Sequence record: MZ681930.1
DNA from: Enterobacteria phage phiC600P9
Direction: 5' to 3' (one strand)
DNA length: 64,000 nucleotides
The notes beneath the pieces are model-generated. The model worked only from the letters and a program-made list of their open reading frames with translations, was not told where the DNA came from and made no database searches. This document shows positions 22,641 through 31,863 of the stretch, one piece after another; the first letter of the stretch is position 1, and each line of letters opens with the position of its first letter. Made by a program: the position numbers and the translations under genes.

Positions 22641-22700
22641 TTCCTCATGTTATGTCAGTAAGACTATTATAACACAACATAAGGAACTTGTAAACTACAT
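22641..22700 (-). promoter_or_regulatory. Early promoter cassette (GTTTACA, 17 nt spacer, TGtTATAATA) overlapping an imperfect inverted repeat
   Basis: Minus strand reads GTTTACAagttccttatgttgTGtTATAATAgtcttactgacataacatGAGGAacacaaaATG; the inverted repeat cctcatgtt/aacataagg flanks the -10. About 85 percent identical to the element at 38071-38130. Confidence 0.65.
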
Positions 22701-24752
22701 TTTGAACTTTTTAGACATTCCGTTAATGTTAACCAAAGAAGCTAAGATTTGAGAAACTTCGTTTTCCTCTTCTTTTGATTCTTCTACAAGGAATTGATTA
22801 AATCCAGCCATTGGACGAACTTCACCAGTTTCCATTAAATGGTCTCCATCATATACTGATTCTTCTAATTGTTCAGAAGGAGGAACGATTGCACCTTCGA
22901 TTAGATACTTGTTATAAGCAGTTTCTTTCATAAAGTACGTACTTACTTTATTAATCTTCAGTAAAATTCCACGCGGTAGAATAACTTCAGCTTCTGATGG
23001 AAATCCTGTTAAATGACCTGGAACGATAACTTTGATTCGCTCAGCTCCTTTAATTACCATACCCACTCTAGTTTCAGCATTTTCATTAGCGTATGTAGAA
23101 TGACTACCCATATGCATCAAATCTTCTGCATCAACGGAACCTTCTCCTTCACCAGAAAATACTGCGCCGGAATCATCTAAAGCCATATAGTTTTTACCAT
23201 GCTCGCCGAAGATATTTGGTTTAAGCGATGTAGATACGAAGTTCTTGAAATAGAACATTTTGTTTTCAATGTTATGACGCAAAGTTTTAAAGGTAACTTC
23301 TTGTCCACGGTAAAGTGTAGTTCCTGGAGGAAGAACTGAACCTTTAGCAAATGCAGAATCCAACGTCTCGATGTGTTTAATAGCTCGTTCCATATATTCT
23401 TCGCGGGTAGAATCAGGTTTACCCAAAAGGAACGAGTTCATTTCAACATATGAATCTGCACAATAATCTTCAATTACATCAGATTCAGCTTGAGTTAATC
23501 CTTTTGGAGTTACTTCGGTGCTTGCGTATTCATATGCCTGGGCAGCAGATTCATTAATCAATTTATAAATGCCATTCATTACAAATTGAATAATAGCTGT
23601 CTTTTCATCTGGCGTAGCTTTAGAACCTTTAACCAAATCATTGATAATTTTCTTAATAACATCAAAGCTATTAGAAATATTAATATCAGCAAGATCGCTT
23701 AAAATTTTATCAGTTTTATAATCAAAGAATTCTTTATTCTTTAAATATTCTTGAGAACCTTGATATGTTATATCGCTCTGCAACTTGATGGATGGATCAC
23801 GTAAACGTGCATGGGCTAATGCAATATGATTTCGGAAGTTTTCTAGTTCATAATCGCTAGATTTAAAACGAGAAGCACTTCTCATACCACCGATAGCTCC
23901 TTTGCTGAAGTTTGAACCAATCTGAATAACGCCAGAGTTCATTGGTCCTTCTGCTTTATATACCGGAACTTTAGATTCAAACTCTTGATATTTCTTGGCA
24001 GCGAAGCTATCACCCTGAAGTGAAGCATCAACAGTAGAATATTGAGCTTGTGCTGCTAATCGACGACTAATTTTAGTTTTCTGAATAACAGCTTGGTCCG
24101 TGCGCTTATCATTTTCTAAAGCAATAGAAGCAGCAACAGCGACAGCTTTAGGAACAGCATTACCTGTTTTAACGTCTACATAAACATCACCAACCTTTGA
24201 TTCAACTTTTGTGAATAACTCAGTTGAAATAGGAGGTACACCTGGAATGTCTTCTAAATTGGCATTTTTACGGTAAACCATAATATATGCATACTTTTTA
24301 TCATAGTCCCAGATTTCCTTTAAAAGAACATATCGACCTGCTCCTTTAGTACGTACTAAACGGTCAGCAATAACTTGCATTTGACGAGCAGCGCCATTTG
24401 TTTTACTCTTTAGTACACGGAATAAGCACGCGTCAATTTTATACTGTTTCATTGTTTGAAGAGCAGTATCAAAAACAGCATTAATGACGCCAATTGGATT
24501 TCCACCCAAGTTTCTAAGCTTAACCAGTGATAATTTCTCATTAACACCTATCATTACGATATGCATCATTTTATCGCCCGGCTTAACGTTTTTATTCGTA
24601 TCACCGCCAGAGGTGTATGTACAAAATCTAAATCCAGGAAGCACGCTTTCTTCGCCGGCTTGAATAGCAAAAATTTGTGGTATTTTATGCTTAGGATTTA
24701 AGTTAACAACCGGCGCCGAAGCGCCGTCAAATAATTCTGTAATAAGTTCCAT
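22695..24752 (-). CDS. Alt-like ADP-ribosyltransferase paralogue
   Basis: 685-aa ORF whose first ~230 aa are about 75 percent identical to the adjacent Alt; the C-terminal domain carries R/S-T-S/E-x-E ART motifs (LYRGQ, FVSTSL, SEAEVILPRG). Confidence 0.75.
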   Translation of the reverse strand: MELITELFDGASAPVVNLNPKHKIPQIFAIQAGEESVLPGFRFCTYTSGGDTNKNVKPGDKMMHIVMIGVNEKLSLVKLRNLGGNPIGVINAVFDTALQTMKQYKIDACLFRVLKSKTNGAARQMQVIADRLVRTKGAGRYVLLKEIWDYDKKYAYIMVYRKNANLEDIPGVPPISTELFTKVESKVGDVYVDVKTGNAVPKAVAVAASIALENDKRTDQAVIQKTKISRRLAAQAQYSTVDASLQGDSFAAKKYQEFESKVPVYKAEGPMNSGVIQIGSNFSKGAIGGMRSASRFKSSDYELENFRNHIALAHARLRDPSIKLQSDITYQGSQEYLKNKEFFDYKTDKILSDLADINISNSFDVIKKIINDLVKGSKATPDEKTAIIQFVMNGIYKLINESAAQAYEYASTEVTPKGLTQAESDVIEDYCADSYVEMNSFLLGKPDSTREEYMERAIKHIETLDSAFAKGSVLPPGTTLYRGQEVTFKTLRHNIENKMFYFKNFVSTSLKPNIFGEHGKNYMALDDSGAVFSGEGEGSVDAEDLMHMGSHSTYANENAETRVGMVIKGAERIKVIVPGHLTGFPSEAEVILPRGILLKINKVSTYFMKETAYNKYLIEGAIVPPSEQLEESVYDGDHLMETGEVRPMAGFNQFLVEESKEEENEVSQILASLVNINGMSKKFKM

Positions 24753-24755
24753 GAT

Positions 24756-26807
24756 TTATCCTTGAACGAACTTGTAAGGCATGTTTGCAATATCTATGCA
24801 AGACGCAATAATTCCAAGAGATGATTCTACTTTCTGTTTAACATTTGATGAAACAAATGATGCAAAGTCAACTCTATCTTCTATATCACCTGTCATTGTA
24901 ACCAATTCACCAGTTTCCATTAAATGGTCTCCGTCATAGATTACCGATTCGGTGAGCTCTTCCGTGGTCATAACTTCAGCTTGAATAAGCTTGTTGTTAG
25001 TTTTAACTGTTCCATCATTGTAAGATGCATCGGTTATTTTATTAACTTTGACCATTAATCCACGTGGCAAAATGACTTCCATTTCATTTGAAGGCGCTAA
25101 ACTTCCACCGGGTAAAACAACATTGACCTTATCAGCCCCAGTAATAACCCATCCAATTCCAACTAAATTATCGCTAGAATTTACTAGTCCTTCATCAGTT
25201 TTATCAATAGAAACACTTAGACGCTTTTCGTCTGGTAAAACACCTATAGATGAATCAGTCATCCAAGTACCAAAAATATTTGGATATAATGATGTTGACA
25301 CAAAGTTTCTAAAATAAAAAACTCGATTTTTTACCAATGCTTCATATATTGAAGGTAACATTCGCTGTGAACGATATAAAGTAATACCTTTTGGCAATCG
25401 ATCGCCATTTTTAAAGGCTGAATCTAAATTATCGATGGCTTGTTCTATTTCGGGTGCTGTCAAAATACTTGTACGCTCATCTGGATTATATAATCCCAAA
25501 AGAGCATTATTCATGTCTACATATCCTGAACCCACATATTCACGAATTCCGCGTTTTTGAGCCGGTGTGTATTTAGATGAATCTTTATTTTCGACTATAG
25601 AATGCAATGACCATCCAACGGTAAGAGCATATCCACGTAATTCTCTTCGAATAATCTTTGTTTTTATTGCATTCCAAGAATTTTGCACTAACTCATTTGC
25701 AGCATCTTGATTTAAATGCGAATGCTTGTTAATATTTCTTTCTAACCAAGCACTTTTATATTTTTCTAAAGTATCATCGACTATAGAAGCAATAGTTTCT
25801 AAAGTTTTTATTGAAGTAATAGATTCTTTTCGTAATCTTTCTAAAGCTTTATTTTTTATTTCTGCATTAACATCAGATTCTTTATCTTCAGGAATTATAG
25901 AAGCTTCTCTGAATGCCATCCCAGCTGTAACACTATTAAGAGCATTCTCTAGTGCAAATCCTGAAGTAGAAATTACCGTTAATTCATTAGAATCAGAAAT
26001 TAAAGGCGCGTCCGCTGGTTTATTTAATTCTGCCGCTGAAGCCTCAAATTTTTGAAACATCGGTGTTTCAAATCTAGAAGATTCCAATGACTGACTTTGT
26101 GCAATTGCTCTACGGGAAATTTTAACTTTAACGATTACAGCTTGGTCAGAACGTTTATCGTTTTCTTGCGCAATAGATGCTGCAATTGCCTCATTTTTAG
26201 TTACTTGAGCTCCAGTATCTTTATTGATATAAACATCACCGACCTTCGATTCAACTTTAGTAAAGAGCTCGGTACTAATTTCCGGAACTCCTGGAATGTC
26301 TTCTAGTGATACATTTTTGCGATGTATAAGAATATATGCATACTTTTTATCATAATCCCAGAGTTCCTTAAGAAGGACGTATCTGCCACCTGAACGACTA
26401 CGGATAAGTCTATCAGCAATAACTTGAATTTGTCGAGCTTGACCAGCGGTTTTAGACTTAAGAATACGAAGCATGCAGGCATCAATTTTATACTGGCGCA
26501 TTGTTTGCATTGCAACAGTAAAAACTGAATTGATATAATTAATTGGGCTTGGACCAAGACCTTTCAATTTAGCAATTGAACCTTTAGCAGTTAATGTAAA
26601 AGGAACAATGTGCATCATTTTATCGCCCATCTTTAAATCACGATTAGTATCACCTCCAGATGTATAGGTACATAAACGAAAGCCTGGTTGTTCAATTGCG
26701 TCATCAACATGAACTGAAAAAATTTGTGGTATTTTCTTCTTTGGATTTAAGTTTGTAATCGGAAGAGTAGTATCTTCGTCAAATAATTCTGTAATTAGTT
26801 CCATCAT
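24756..26807 (-). CDS. alt: Alt ADP-ribosyltransferase (virion-packaged, modifies host RNA polymerase)
   Basis: 683-aa ORF (682 from the second Met) beginning MELITELFDEDTTLPITNL, with ART motifs LYRSQ, FVSTSL, NEMEVILPRG; matches T4 Alt as recalled. Confidence 0.88.
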   Translation of the reverse strand: MMELITELFDEDTTLPITNLNPKKKIPQIFSVHVDDAIEQPGFRLCTYTSGGDTNRDLKMGDKMMHIVPFTLTAKGSIAKLKGLGPSPINYINSVFTVAMQTMRQYKIDACMLRILKSKTAGQARQIQVIADRLIRSRSGGRYVLLKELWDYDKKYAYILIHRKNVSLEDIPGVPEISTELFTKVESKVGDVYINKDTGAQVTKNEAIAASIAQENDKRSDQAVIVKVKISRRAIAQSQSLESSRFETPMFQKFEASAAELNKPADAPLISDSNELTVISTSGFALENALNSVTAGMAFREASIIPEDKESDVNAEIKNKALERLRKESITSIKTLETIASIVDDTLEKYKSAWLERNINKHSHLNQDAANELVQNSWNAIKTKIIRRELRGYALTVGWSLHSIVENKDSSKYTPAQKRGIREYVGSGYVDMNNALLGLYNPDERTSILTAPEIEQAIDNLDSAFKNGDRLPKGITLYRSQRMLPSIYEALVKNRVFYFRNFVSTSLYPNIFGTWMTDSSIGVLPDEKRLSVSIDKTDEGLVNSSDNLVGIGWVITGADKVNVVLPGGSLAPSNEMEVILPRGLMVKVNKITDASYNDGTVKTNNKLIQAEVMTTEELTESVIYDGDHLMETGELVTMTGDIEDRVDFASFVSSNVKQKVESSLGIIASCIDIANMPYKFVQG

Positions 26808-26827
26808 ATCCTCTCTAGTGTTTATTC

Positions 26828-26835
26828 TATTTATA
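26828..26835 (-). promoter_or_regulatory. Late promoter TATAAATA upstream of alt
   Basis: Minus-strand TATAAATA about 20 nt upstream of the alt ATG, consistent with late expression of a packaged protein. Confidence 0.55.
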
Positions 26836-26856
26836 AAATTAAAGGCCCGAAGGCCT

Positions 26857-27045
26857 TTAATAATCTATAGGTAAGAGAGTACGATATATTTCAAACTTTG
26901 GACCTTTTTCATAAGCATCAAATGTTTCTGTAAATTTATTATAAGCGTATGCATCTACAAATTCGAGAATGACTTGTGATACAGAAGTAGAAACATCTCC
27001 ACCTTCTTTTTGAGCCACGACAATTGTTTCTAAGTAAGCTTTCAT
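26857..27045 (-). CDS. Hypothetical small protein between gene 30 and alt
   Basis: 62-aa ORF whose start overlaps the gene 30 stop. Confidence 0.5.
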   Translation of the reverse strand: MKAYLETIVVAQKEGGDVSTSVSQVILEFVDAYAYNKFTETFDAYEKGPKFEIYRTLLPIDY

Positions 27046-28505
27046 AGACCAGTTACCTCATGAAAATCGCCAAATACATCTTCGAACGTATTAGCTTTAG
27101 TTTTATCTTCACGTAAACGAATCGCAATCGGAAGAAATAATTTAACGTAATCAGTGCGGCCATCAGATTTTAACCAACCATTGCATTCGCACTCTAGAAT
27201 TTTTCCAATATAATAATTTTGGTTTTCCATAATGCGAGTACGGTCAAGTTCATGCGATTTTACACCGGCTTTATCTTTTAAGCCTGAACCAGCATTTACC
27301 TTAATTTTTCCACACTCTGACTCAAGAATAAATCCACCTGCTTTAGTAGGGTCTTTACGGTGAGGATAAATTCCTACAATTTTTAAATCAACATCAATTA
27401 CTTCTTTAAATTTATAGAGATTTTTTGAACGAGCATTTTCCCATAATCCATCGATATTTTTGAGAATAATACCTTCAAGACCTTGGTCAATATACTTTTT
27501 ATAAATTACCTTAGCTTCATCTAGGTTATTTACTACCTGGTTTTCAATTAAAATTACTTTATCATATCCTGATGTCATTTGTTCTAGTTTAGAAAAACGT
27601 ACATCATATTTTAAACGAAACGCCGGAAGACCGTATATTTCTACCAACGGGACATAATCCCAGACCTGAAACTTCATACATTGAGCTTCTTTTTCAGAAA
27701 TGGTTCCTTTTAAGGATTTATTGGCGATTCCATTAGAAGTAGTACGAGATTCCGCTACTTCGGCGAATTCTTTAGCTTTACTAATTTCAGGATAAGCATC
27801 AAAAAGAAAATCTAGTCCTTCTGGTTCCTTTTTAACTTGCTCATGGTATACCAATTCGCCATCAATTAACACACCTTCTGGATGAATCTGGCGGGCTTCA
27901 GCAGTCATTTTGATTAATTCTTCCTTAAGAAGATCTAATCCTAGATATTCATTACCAGCTCGTGATAAAAGACGAACATCATCTAATTCATCACCTCGGA
28001 CTTCAGCAAAACACCGAGCTCCATCTGCTTTTAACTGTGCAAAAGCTGGAAACTTGATATTCTTACTAATGCCTTTTTCATCATAAGAACTTGCCAGCAT
28101 TTGAGGTTGTTCAGGAATTAAACCTGGCCAAACTTTGTTTGCAATAGATACTGAAGCACCGCATTCAAGGTCTCGCATCATAACTCGACGCAAAACTTCA
28201 ACATCATCCTTTTTACCATCGGTGATATATCCAGTCAATTCCTCAATTGCAGCATTTCCAGTCAATTTCCGAGTAGCTAACGTGAATTCAATGAAGTCAA
28301 GCATATCGGTAATGGTCAGCATTCCAAAACTCTGGGTAGCAATACCAGGTTTAGGCCATTTCTTGATATAATACTGCAACCCACGAGAATAAGTCAGACG
28401 ATATACTCGTTTAAGCAATTCATTATCTTTATTCTTTTCAAGAATTGCTTGCTTCTGCTTAGTTGAACCAATAGATGCTATTTCATTCAGAATTTTAAGA
28501 ATCAT
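27042..28505 (-). CDS. 30: ATP-dependent DNA ligase gp30
   Basis: 487-aa ORF with the adenylation motif KADGAR, matching the T4 DNA ligase length. Confidence 0.95.
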   Translation of the reverse strand: MILKILNEIASIGSTKQKQAILEKNKDNELLKRVYRLTYSRGLQYYIKKWPKPGIATQSFGMLTITDMLDFIEFTLATRKLTGNAAIEELTGYITDGKKDDVEVLRRVMMRDLECGASVSIANKVWPGLIPEQPQMLASSYDEKGISKNIKFPAFAQLKADGARCFAEVRGDELDDVRLLSRAGNEYLGLDLLKEELIKMTAEARQIHPEGVLIDGELVYHEQVKKEPEGLDFLFDAYPEISKAKEFAEVAESRTTSNGIANKSLKGTISEKEAQCMKFQVWDYVPLVEIYGLPAFRLKYDVRFSKLEQMTSGYDKVILIENQVVNNLDEAKVIYKKYIDQGLEGIILKNIDGLWENARSKNLYKFKEVIDVDLKIVGIYPHRKDPTKAGGFILESECGKIKVNAGSGLKDKAGVKSHELDRTRIMENQNYYIGKILECECNGWLKSDGRTDYVKLFLPIAIRLREDKTKANTFEDVFGDFHEVTGL

Positions 28506-28771
28506 TATTCATCCTTCAGAGTTTGGTTTACAGCTCTATTATAAATCAATTCATCATTAAGCTCAGGCAAAGACTTATGATATGTAGTTCTAACTTTATT
28601 TCCTTGCATCCAGTGCTTGACGTAAATGAAACCTTGCTCTACACATTTTTTAAAAATTCGTTCGTCTTTTTGAGCTCGGAATTCTGGATTGCATCTAAAA
28701 AATTGATTTACGTGACCGTAATCACGTGTAGTATTACCTTCATTTTCATAAATAGTGTGAACGACAAACAT
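28505..28771 (-). CDS. Hypothetical early protein (30.1-like)
   Basis: 88-aa ORF translationally coupled to gene 30. Confidence 0.6.
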   Translation of the reverse strand: MFVVHTIYENEGNTTRDYGHVNQFFRCNPEFRAQKDERIFKKCVEQGFIYVKHWMQGNKVRTTYHKSLPELNDELIYNRAVNQTLKDE

Positions 28772-29634
28772 TAGAATGCTCCTTGGAAAATATTATCACC
28801 ACTAGTAAATCTATTAAAATACCCTGCATCGCCAGGCTTGGTATAACTCCACGTATGGAATGGATTCATATGATACGGGTGTGTATAATATGGATTATAT
28901 GGATGTGTATAATATGGATTATACGGATTAAATCCAGGAGTTCTCCAGGTAGTGTTCCAACGAAAAGAATCGTTTTTAACCATCTTCTCAATTACATCTT
29001 TTATAGCTTTTTCACTATCAAAACTTTCTTTATTTTCCTTTGGTGAAAAAAGCTTATTTTCTACATCATTCCATGTATAAACTCGCTGCGCAGTTTTTGG
29101 AATATTGTCACGCTCTCCTCGAGCCATCCAATAAACCGGAACATTTAATATTTCACTCGCGTGGTCACAGTGGTGAGCGAGATCGTCAATATAACAAATT
29201 ACGTTATATTTCTCTTTTGCCTTTTTAAACAACTCTTCTTTTGAAGAATCATGGCCACACATCATTACTTCTGAGAAGGCACCAGGAAAAAGAGCATTCA
29301 AATTAAATTGACGATTCAACAGAGCGTCAATAGAATCACCCAATGCTGTAACAGCTACAAAATTATAATCTTCTTTTAATTTGTTAATTACACACAGGGC
29401 ATCTTTATACGGAGACAAGTAACGAATAAAATCTGAACGATTGTATTTTTCAATTAACTTGACGCCAAGTTCTTCATCACAATTAAAGAGTTTACCTGGA
29501 GAAATAAATTTCTCATCTTGGATCATTTTTAAAATATGTTCTAACGGAAGATTATATTTCTGAGCAAAATAAGGAAGGCCTGATTGCCAGCTTAAACATA
29601 CTCCATCAATATCAGTTAAAATAGTAGGCTTCAT
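28771..29634 (-). CDS. Hypothetical protein (30.2-like) with N-terminal DxDG motif and C-terminal Y/P-rich tandem repeat
   Basis: 287-aa ORF; N-terminus MKPTILTDIDGV resembles a HAD-type phosphatase motif I; C-terminus has NPYNPYYTHPYNPYYTHPYHMNPF. Confidence 0.6.
   Translation of the reverse strand: MKPTILTDIDGVCLSWQSGLPYFAQKYNLPLEHILKMIQDEKFISPGKLFNCDEELGVKLIEKYNRSDFIRYLSPYKDALCVINKLKEDYNFVAVTALGDSIDALLNRQFNLNALFPGAFSEVMMCGHDSSKEELFKKAKEKYNVICYIDDLAHHCDHASEILNVPVYWMARGERDNIPKTAQRVYTWNDVENKLFSPKENKESFDSEKAIKDVIEKMVKNDSFRWNTTWRTPGFNPYNPYYTHPYNPYYTHPYHMNPFHTWSYTKPGDAGYFNRFTSGDNIFQGAF
28878..28925. repeat. 24-bp direct tandem repeat x2 inside the 30.2-like ORF
   Basis: gggtgtgtataatatggattatat followed by ggatgtgtataatatggattatac. 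Confidence 0.8.
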
Positions 29635-30095
29635 AGAGAGTCTCTTAATAGGTTTAACACATCAATAAATTCAGCTTCGGTTAGTATTGTATCATCTTTT
29701 GTTAGACCACTAGCCATGCTGTGCTTCAAAACTTTTCCTTTCGAGGCTTGTAATGCATCGCGAAAACCCTTGTTTTGGAACGCTGCTTCAAAATATGCAT
29801 TTGTGTATAATTCTTTCCACGCCGGGGAATATCTTGAAAACGGAACTCCAAGCCAGAAGAGGGTCCCACGGTCCTGAGCTCTAGCATAAGACCTTCCAGC
29901 TTGTTGAGCGGCAAGCCCAGATAACCCAAATATACGACGTTGTTGTTCAACGTTTTTCACCTTGCATCCTTGGAGGAATCCTTCAAGACCTCCAAATTGA
30001 ATACCATCCATAACGAAAGGCCATTGGGCGAAATTACTTAATGCACATGATGGCCACCTAAAATTGCTTCTAATCTCTAACTCAGACATTTTCAA
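29631..30095 (-). CDS. NADAR (YbiA/DUF1768)-like protein (30.3-like)
   Basis: 154-aa ORF; N-terminal pattern FRWPSCALSNFAQWPFVMDGIQFGGLEGFLQGCK fits the NADAR signature as I recall it. Assignment by motif reading only. Confidence 0.5.
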   Translation of the reverse strand: MKMSELEIRSNFRWPSCALSNFAQWPFVMDGIQFGGLEGFLQGCKVKNVEQQRRIFGLSGLAAQQAGRSYARAQDRGTLFWLGVPFSRYSPAWKELYTNAYFEAAFQNKGFRDALQASKGKVLKHSMASGLTKDDTILTEAEFIDVLNLLRDSL

Positions 30096-30288
30096 TGCTT
30101 ATAATTTCAACATCAGCCCAATGACCATAGCAAGGAAGACGAAATTCAACTGGCCAGTTAGGGTCCTTTTCTAATATAATAGACTCAACTCGTGGTTCTT
30201 CATGTTCATCAGTATATGGATTTTTATCTGTTACTTTATATGTGACCTTAATGTACTGAATTCCAAAAATCTTATTAATTATATTCAT
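30082..30288 (-). CDS. Hypothetical small early protein (30.x cluster)
   Basis: 68-aa ORF in a tightly packed co-directional array. Confidence 0.5.
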   Translation of the reverse strand: MNIINKIFGIQYIKVTYKVTDKNPYTDEHEEPRVESIILEKDPNWPVEFRLPCYGHWADVEIISIENV

Positions 30289-30482
30289 ACTAATTCCTTT
30301 AATCCGTAGATAGGAGATAATTCATCACCCATACGAAGGTCTTCATTTCCATCTACCCAGGAAACAATATAAGCCTCTTTTATTTGAATACCACTCCATT
30401 TAAATGGAGGTAGAACCTTAGAAATTAATCCAGGTATACCAACTCCCTTTAATTCAACAGTTTGACCTAAAAAGAATTTCAT
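30285..30482 (-). CDS. Hypothetical small early protein (30.x cluster)
   Basis: 65-aa ORF with overlapping start and stop with its neighbours. Confidence 0.5.
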   Translation of the reverse strand: MKFFLGQTVELKGVGIPGLISKVLPPFKWSGIQIKEAYIVSWVDGNEDLRMGDELSPIYGLKELV

Positions 30483-30769
30483 TAGAACCTCATCTGAAAA
30501 CCGTGCGATTTAACATTACCGCCACCAATATCAGAGATATTAATTTCGCGCGCAATTGAAGGGTCAATGTCAATTTCACGATTGAGTTTAGTGATAGCTA
30601 AAGTATCGCGCCCATTTACAGTACGGAACTCTAAAGGGCAGACTACATTAACATAGTTTTTAATCGATTCACTAGTAGGCTGCAAATGAGCAGGAAGGTC
30701 TTTAGGCGCCTTAGAGAAAACAACTTCACAGAAATTTTTGCGGGTATCAAAATAAGTAGTCATAAACAT
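30482..30769 (-). CDS. Hypothetical small early protein (30.x cluster)
   Basis: 95-aa ORF; a GC hairpin (aggggc-cgaa-gcccct) lies just upstream at 30785-30802. Confidence 0.55.
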   Translation of the reverse strand: MFMTTYFDTRKNFCEVVFSKAPKDLPAHLQPTSESIKNYVNVVCPLEFRTVNGRDTLAITKLNREIDIDPSIAREINISDIGGGNVKSHGFQMRF

Positions 30770-30809
30770 AATATTTTCCTCAATAGGGGCCGAAGCCCCT
30801 CATTTTATT

Positions 30810-31175
30810 TTAAATATCAAATTCGTTAAGAACTACATCAAAGATCGCTTCAAGATGCTCAGGTTTAGCTCTGTTACTCAGAATATGACGAATCCAAGTT
30901 TTAACTAAGAGTTTACGATTAGCACCATTCCAGCAAGGATGAGTCCCTAAATCGCGTTGACGGAAATCATCATCTAATGCGATTTTAAAAGAAGAACCTT
31001 CTTTCGTGATTGAAACCGTGATGCCATTTTCAAATCGCATATAAACGTAGTTAGGAGTCATATACTGTTCAATTTCGCATACTGATCCATTTTGATGTTT
31101 CCAAAGGCAGATAGTATCAATAGAACCTGCAATACCGTTAGAAACATATTTACGTTCAAAGTTAATGTAGTTCAT
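30810..31175 (-). CDS. Hypothetical early protein (30.x cluster)
   Basis: 121-aa ORF. Confidence 0.55.
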   Translation of the reverse strand: MNYINFERKYVSNGIAGSIDTICLWKHQNGSVCEIEQYMTPNYVYMRFENGITVSITKEGSSFKIALDDDFRQRDLGTHPCWNGANRKLLVKTWIRHILSNRAKPEHLEAIFDVVLNEFDI

Positions 31176-31243
31176 TTTTATTCTCCGAGATGTTTAATTG
31201 CGGTACAGGTATATAATATCATATCCTGTACCAAAGTAAACAA

Positions 31244-31576
31244 TTATTTTACTACTTTCCAGTGCTGCATGTCAAGTTTACCAACTTTTTTCATCTTCTC
31301 AATTAAGCGTTCGGCACGTTGGCGAGCTGTAACATAATACCATTCACCCAACTCATTTTGTTCAATTTTTCCAACGATTACCGTATTCAGTTCATAAATC
31401 CAACCAGTAAAGAAATTATGAACTTGGATTGTAAAGGTGAAATCTGTTCCCATACCTTCTGTTGTTTCTACTTCAATAATATCACCTTCAACTGCCATTA
31501 AGAACCACATAGTTTCATCATATTTACCATTGAAGCATTTAGTTTTAACTGTGGCGTTCAGATTAATCGTTTTCAT
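31244..31576 (-). CDS. Hypothetical early protein (30.x cluster)
   Basis: 110-aa ORF. Confidence 0.55.
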   Translation of the reverse strand: MKTINLNATVKTKCFNGKYDETMWFLMAVEGDIIEVETTEGMGTDFTFTIQVHNFFTGWIYELNTVIVGKIEQNELGEWYYVTARQRAERLIEKMKKVGKLDMQHWKVVK

Positions 31577-31686
31577 TTTATTCTCCTTTGTTTGTGTAAG
31601 ATAATACTATCACAAAGGAACCATACTGTAAACAACTTTGTGCAATCTTTGGAAAATAAAAAAGGACTCCCGAAGGAGTCCTTAAC

Positions 31687-31863
31687 TTATGCTTTCTGCT
31701 TACCAAAACGAGAAGCATCATCTCGAAGAACCGCACGTGCTCGGCGCATGATCTTCTCAACAGTTTGATTGATACGAGAGTTCGACCCACGCTTGTAACC
31801 AGCGCGTTTAGAATCACCAACTTTCTTTTCAACTGCTTTCTTTGCTTTAGCTTGTTTTGCCAT
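31687..31863 (-). CDS. Small basic hypothetical protein (30.9-like)
   Basis: Lys/Arg-rich ORF MAKQAKAKKAVEKKVGDSKRAGYKRGS...; I prefer the internal ATG at 31863 over the ORF-track start at 31905. Confidence 0.5.
   Translation of the reverse strand: MAKQAKAKKAVEKKVGDSKRAGYKRGSNSRINQTVEKIMRRARAVLRDDASRFGKQKA

Noticed and set aside
25048-26306. Plus-strand ORFs (69-109 aa) inside alt
   Set aside because: Antisense to a long conserved ORF; shadow ORFs.
31578-31832. 84-aa minus-strand ORF overlapping the 30.9-like ORF in another frame
   Set aside because: Overlaps almost completely the basic ORF that has a better start context; the hairpin at 31660-31685 sits inside it.
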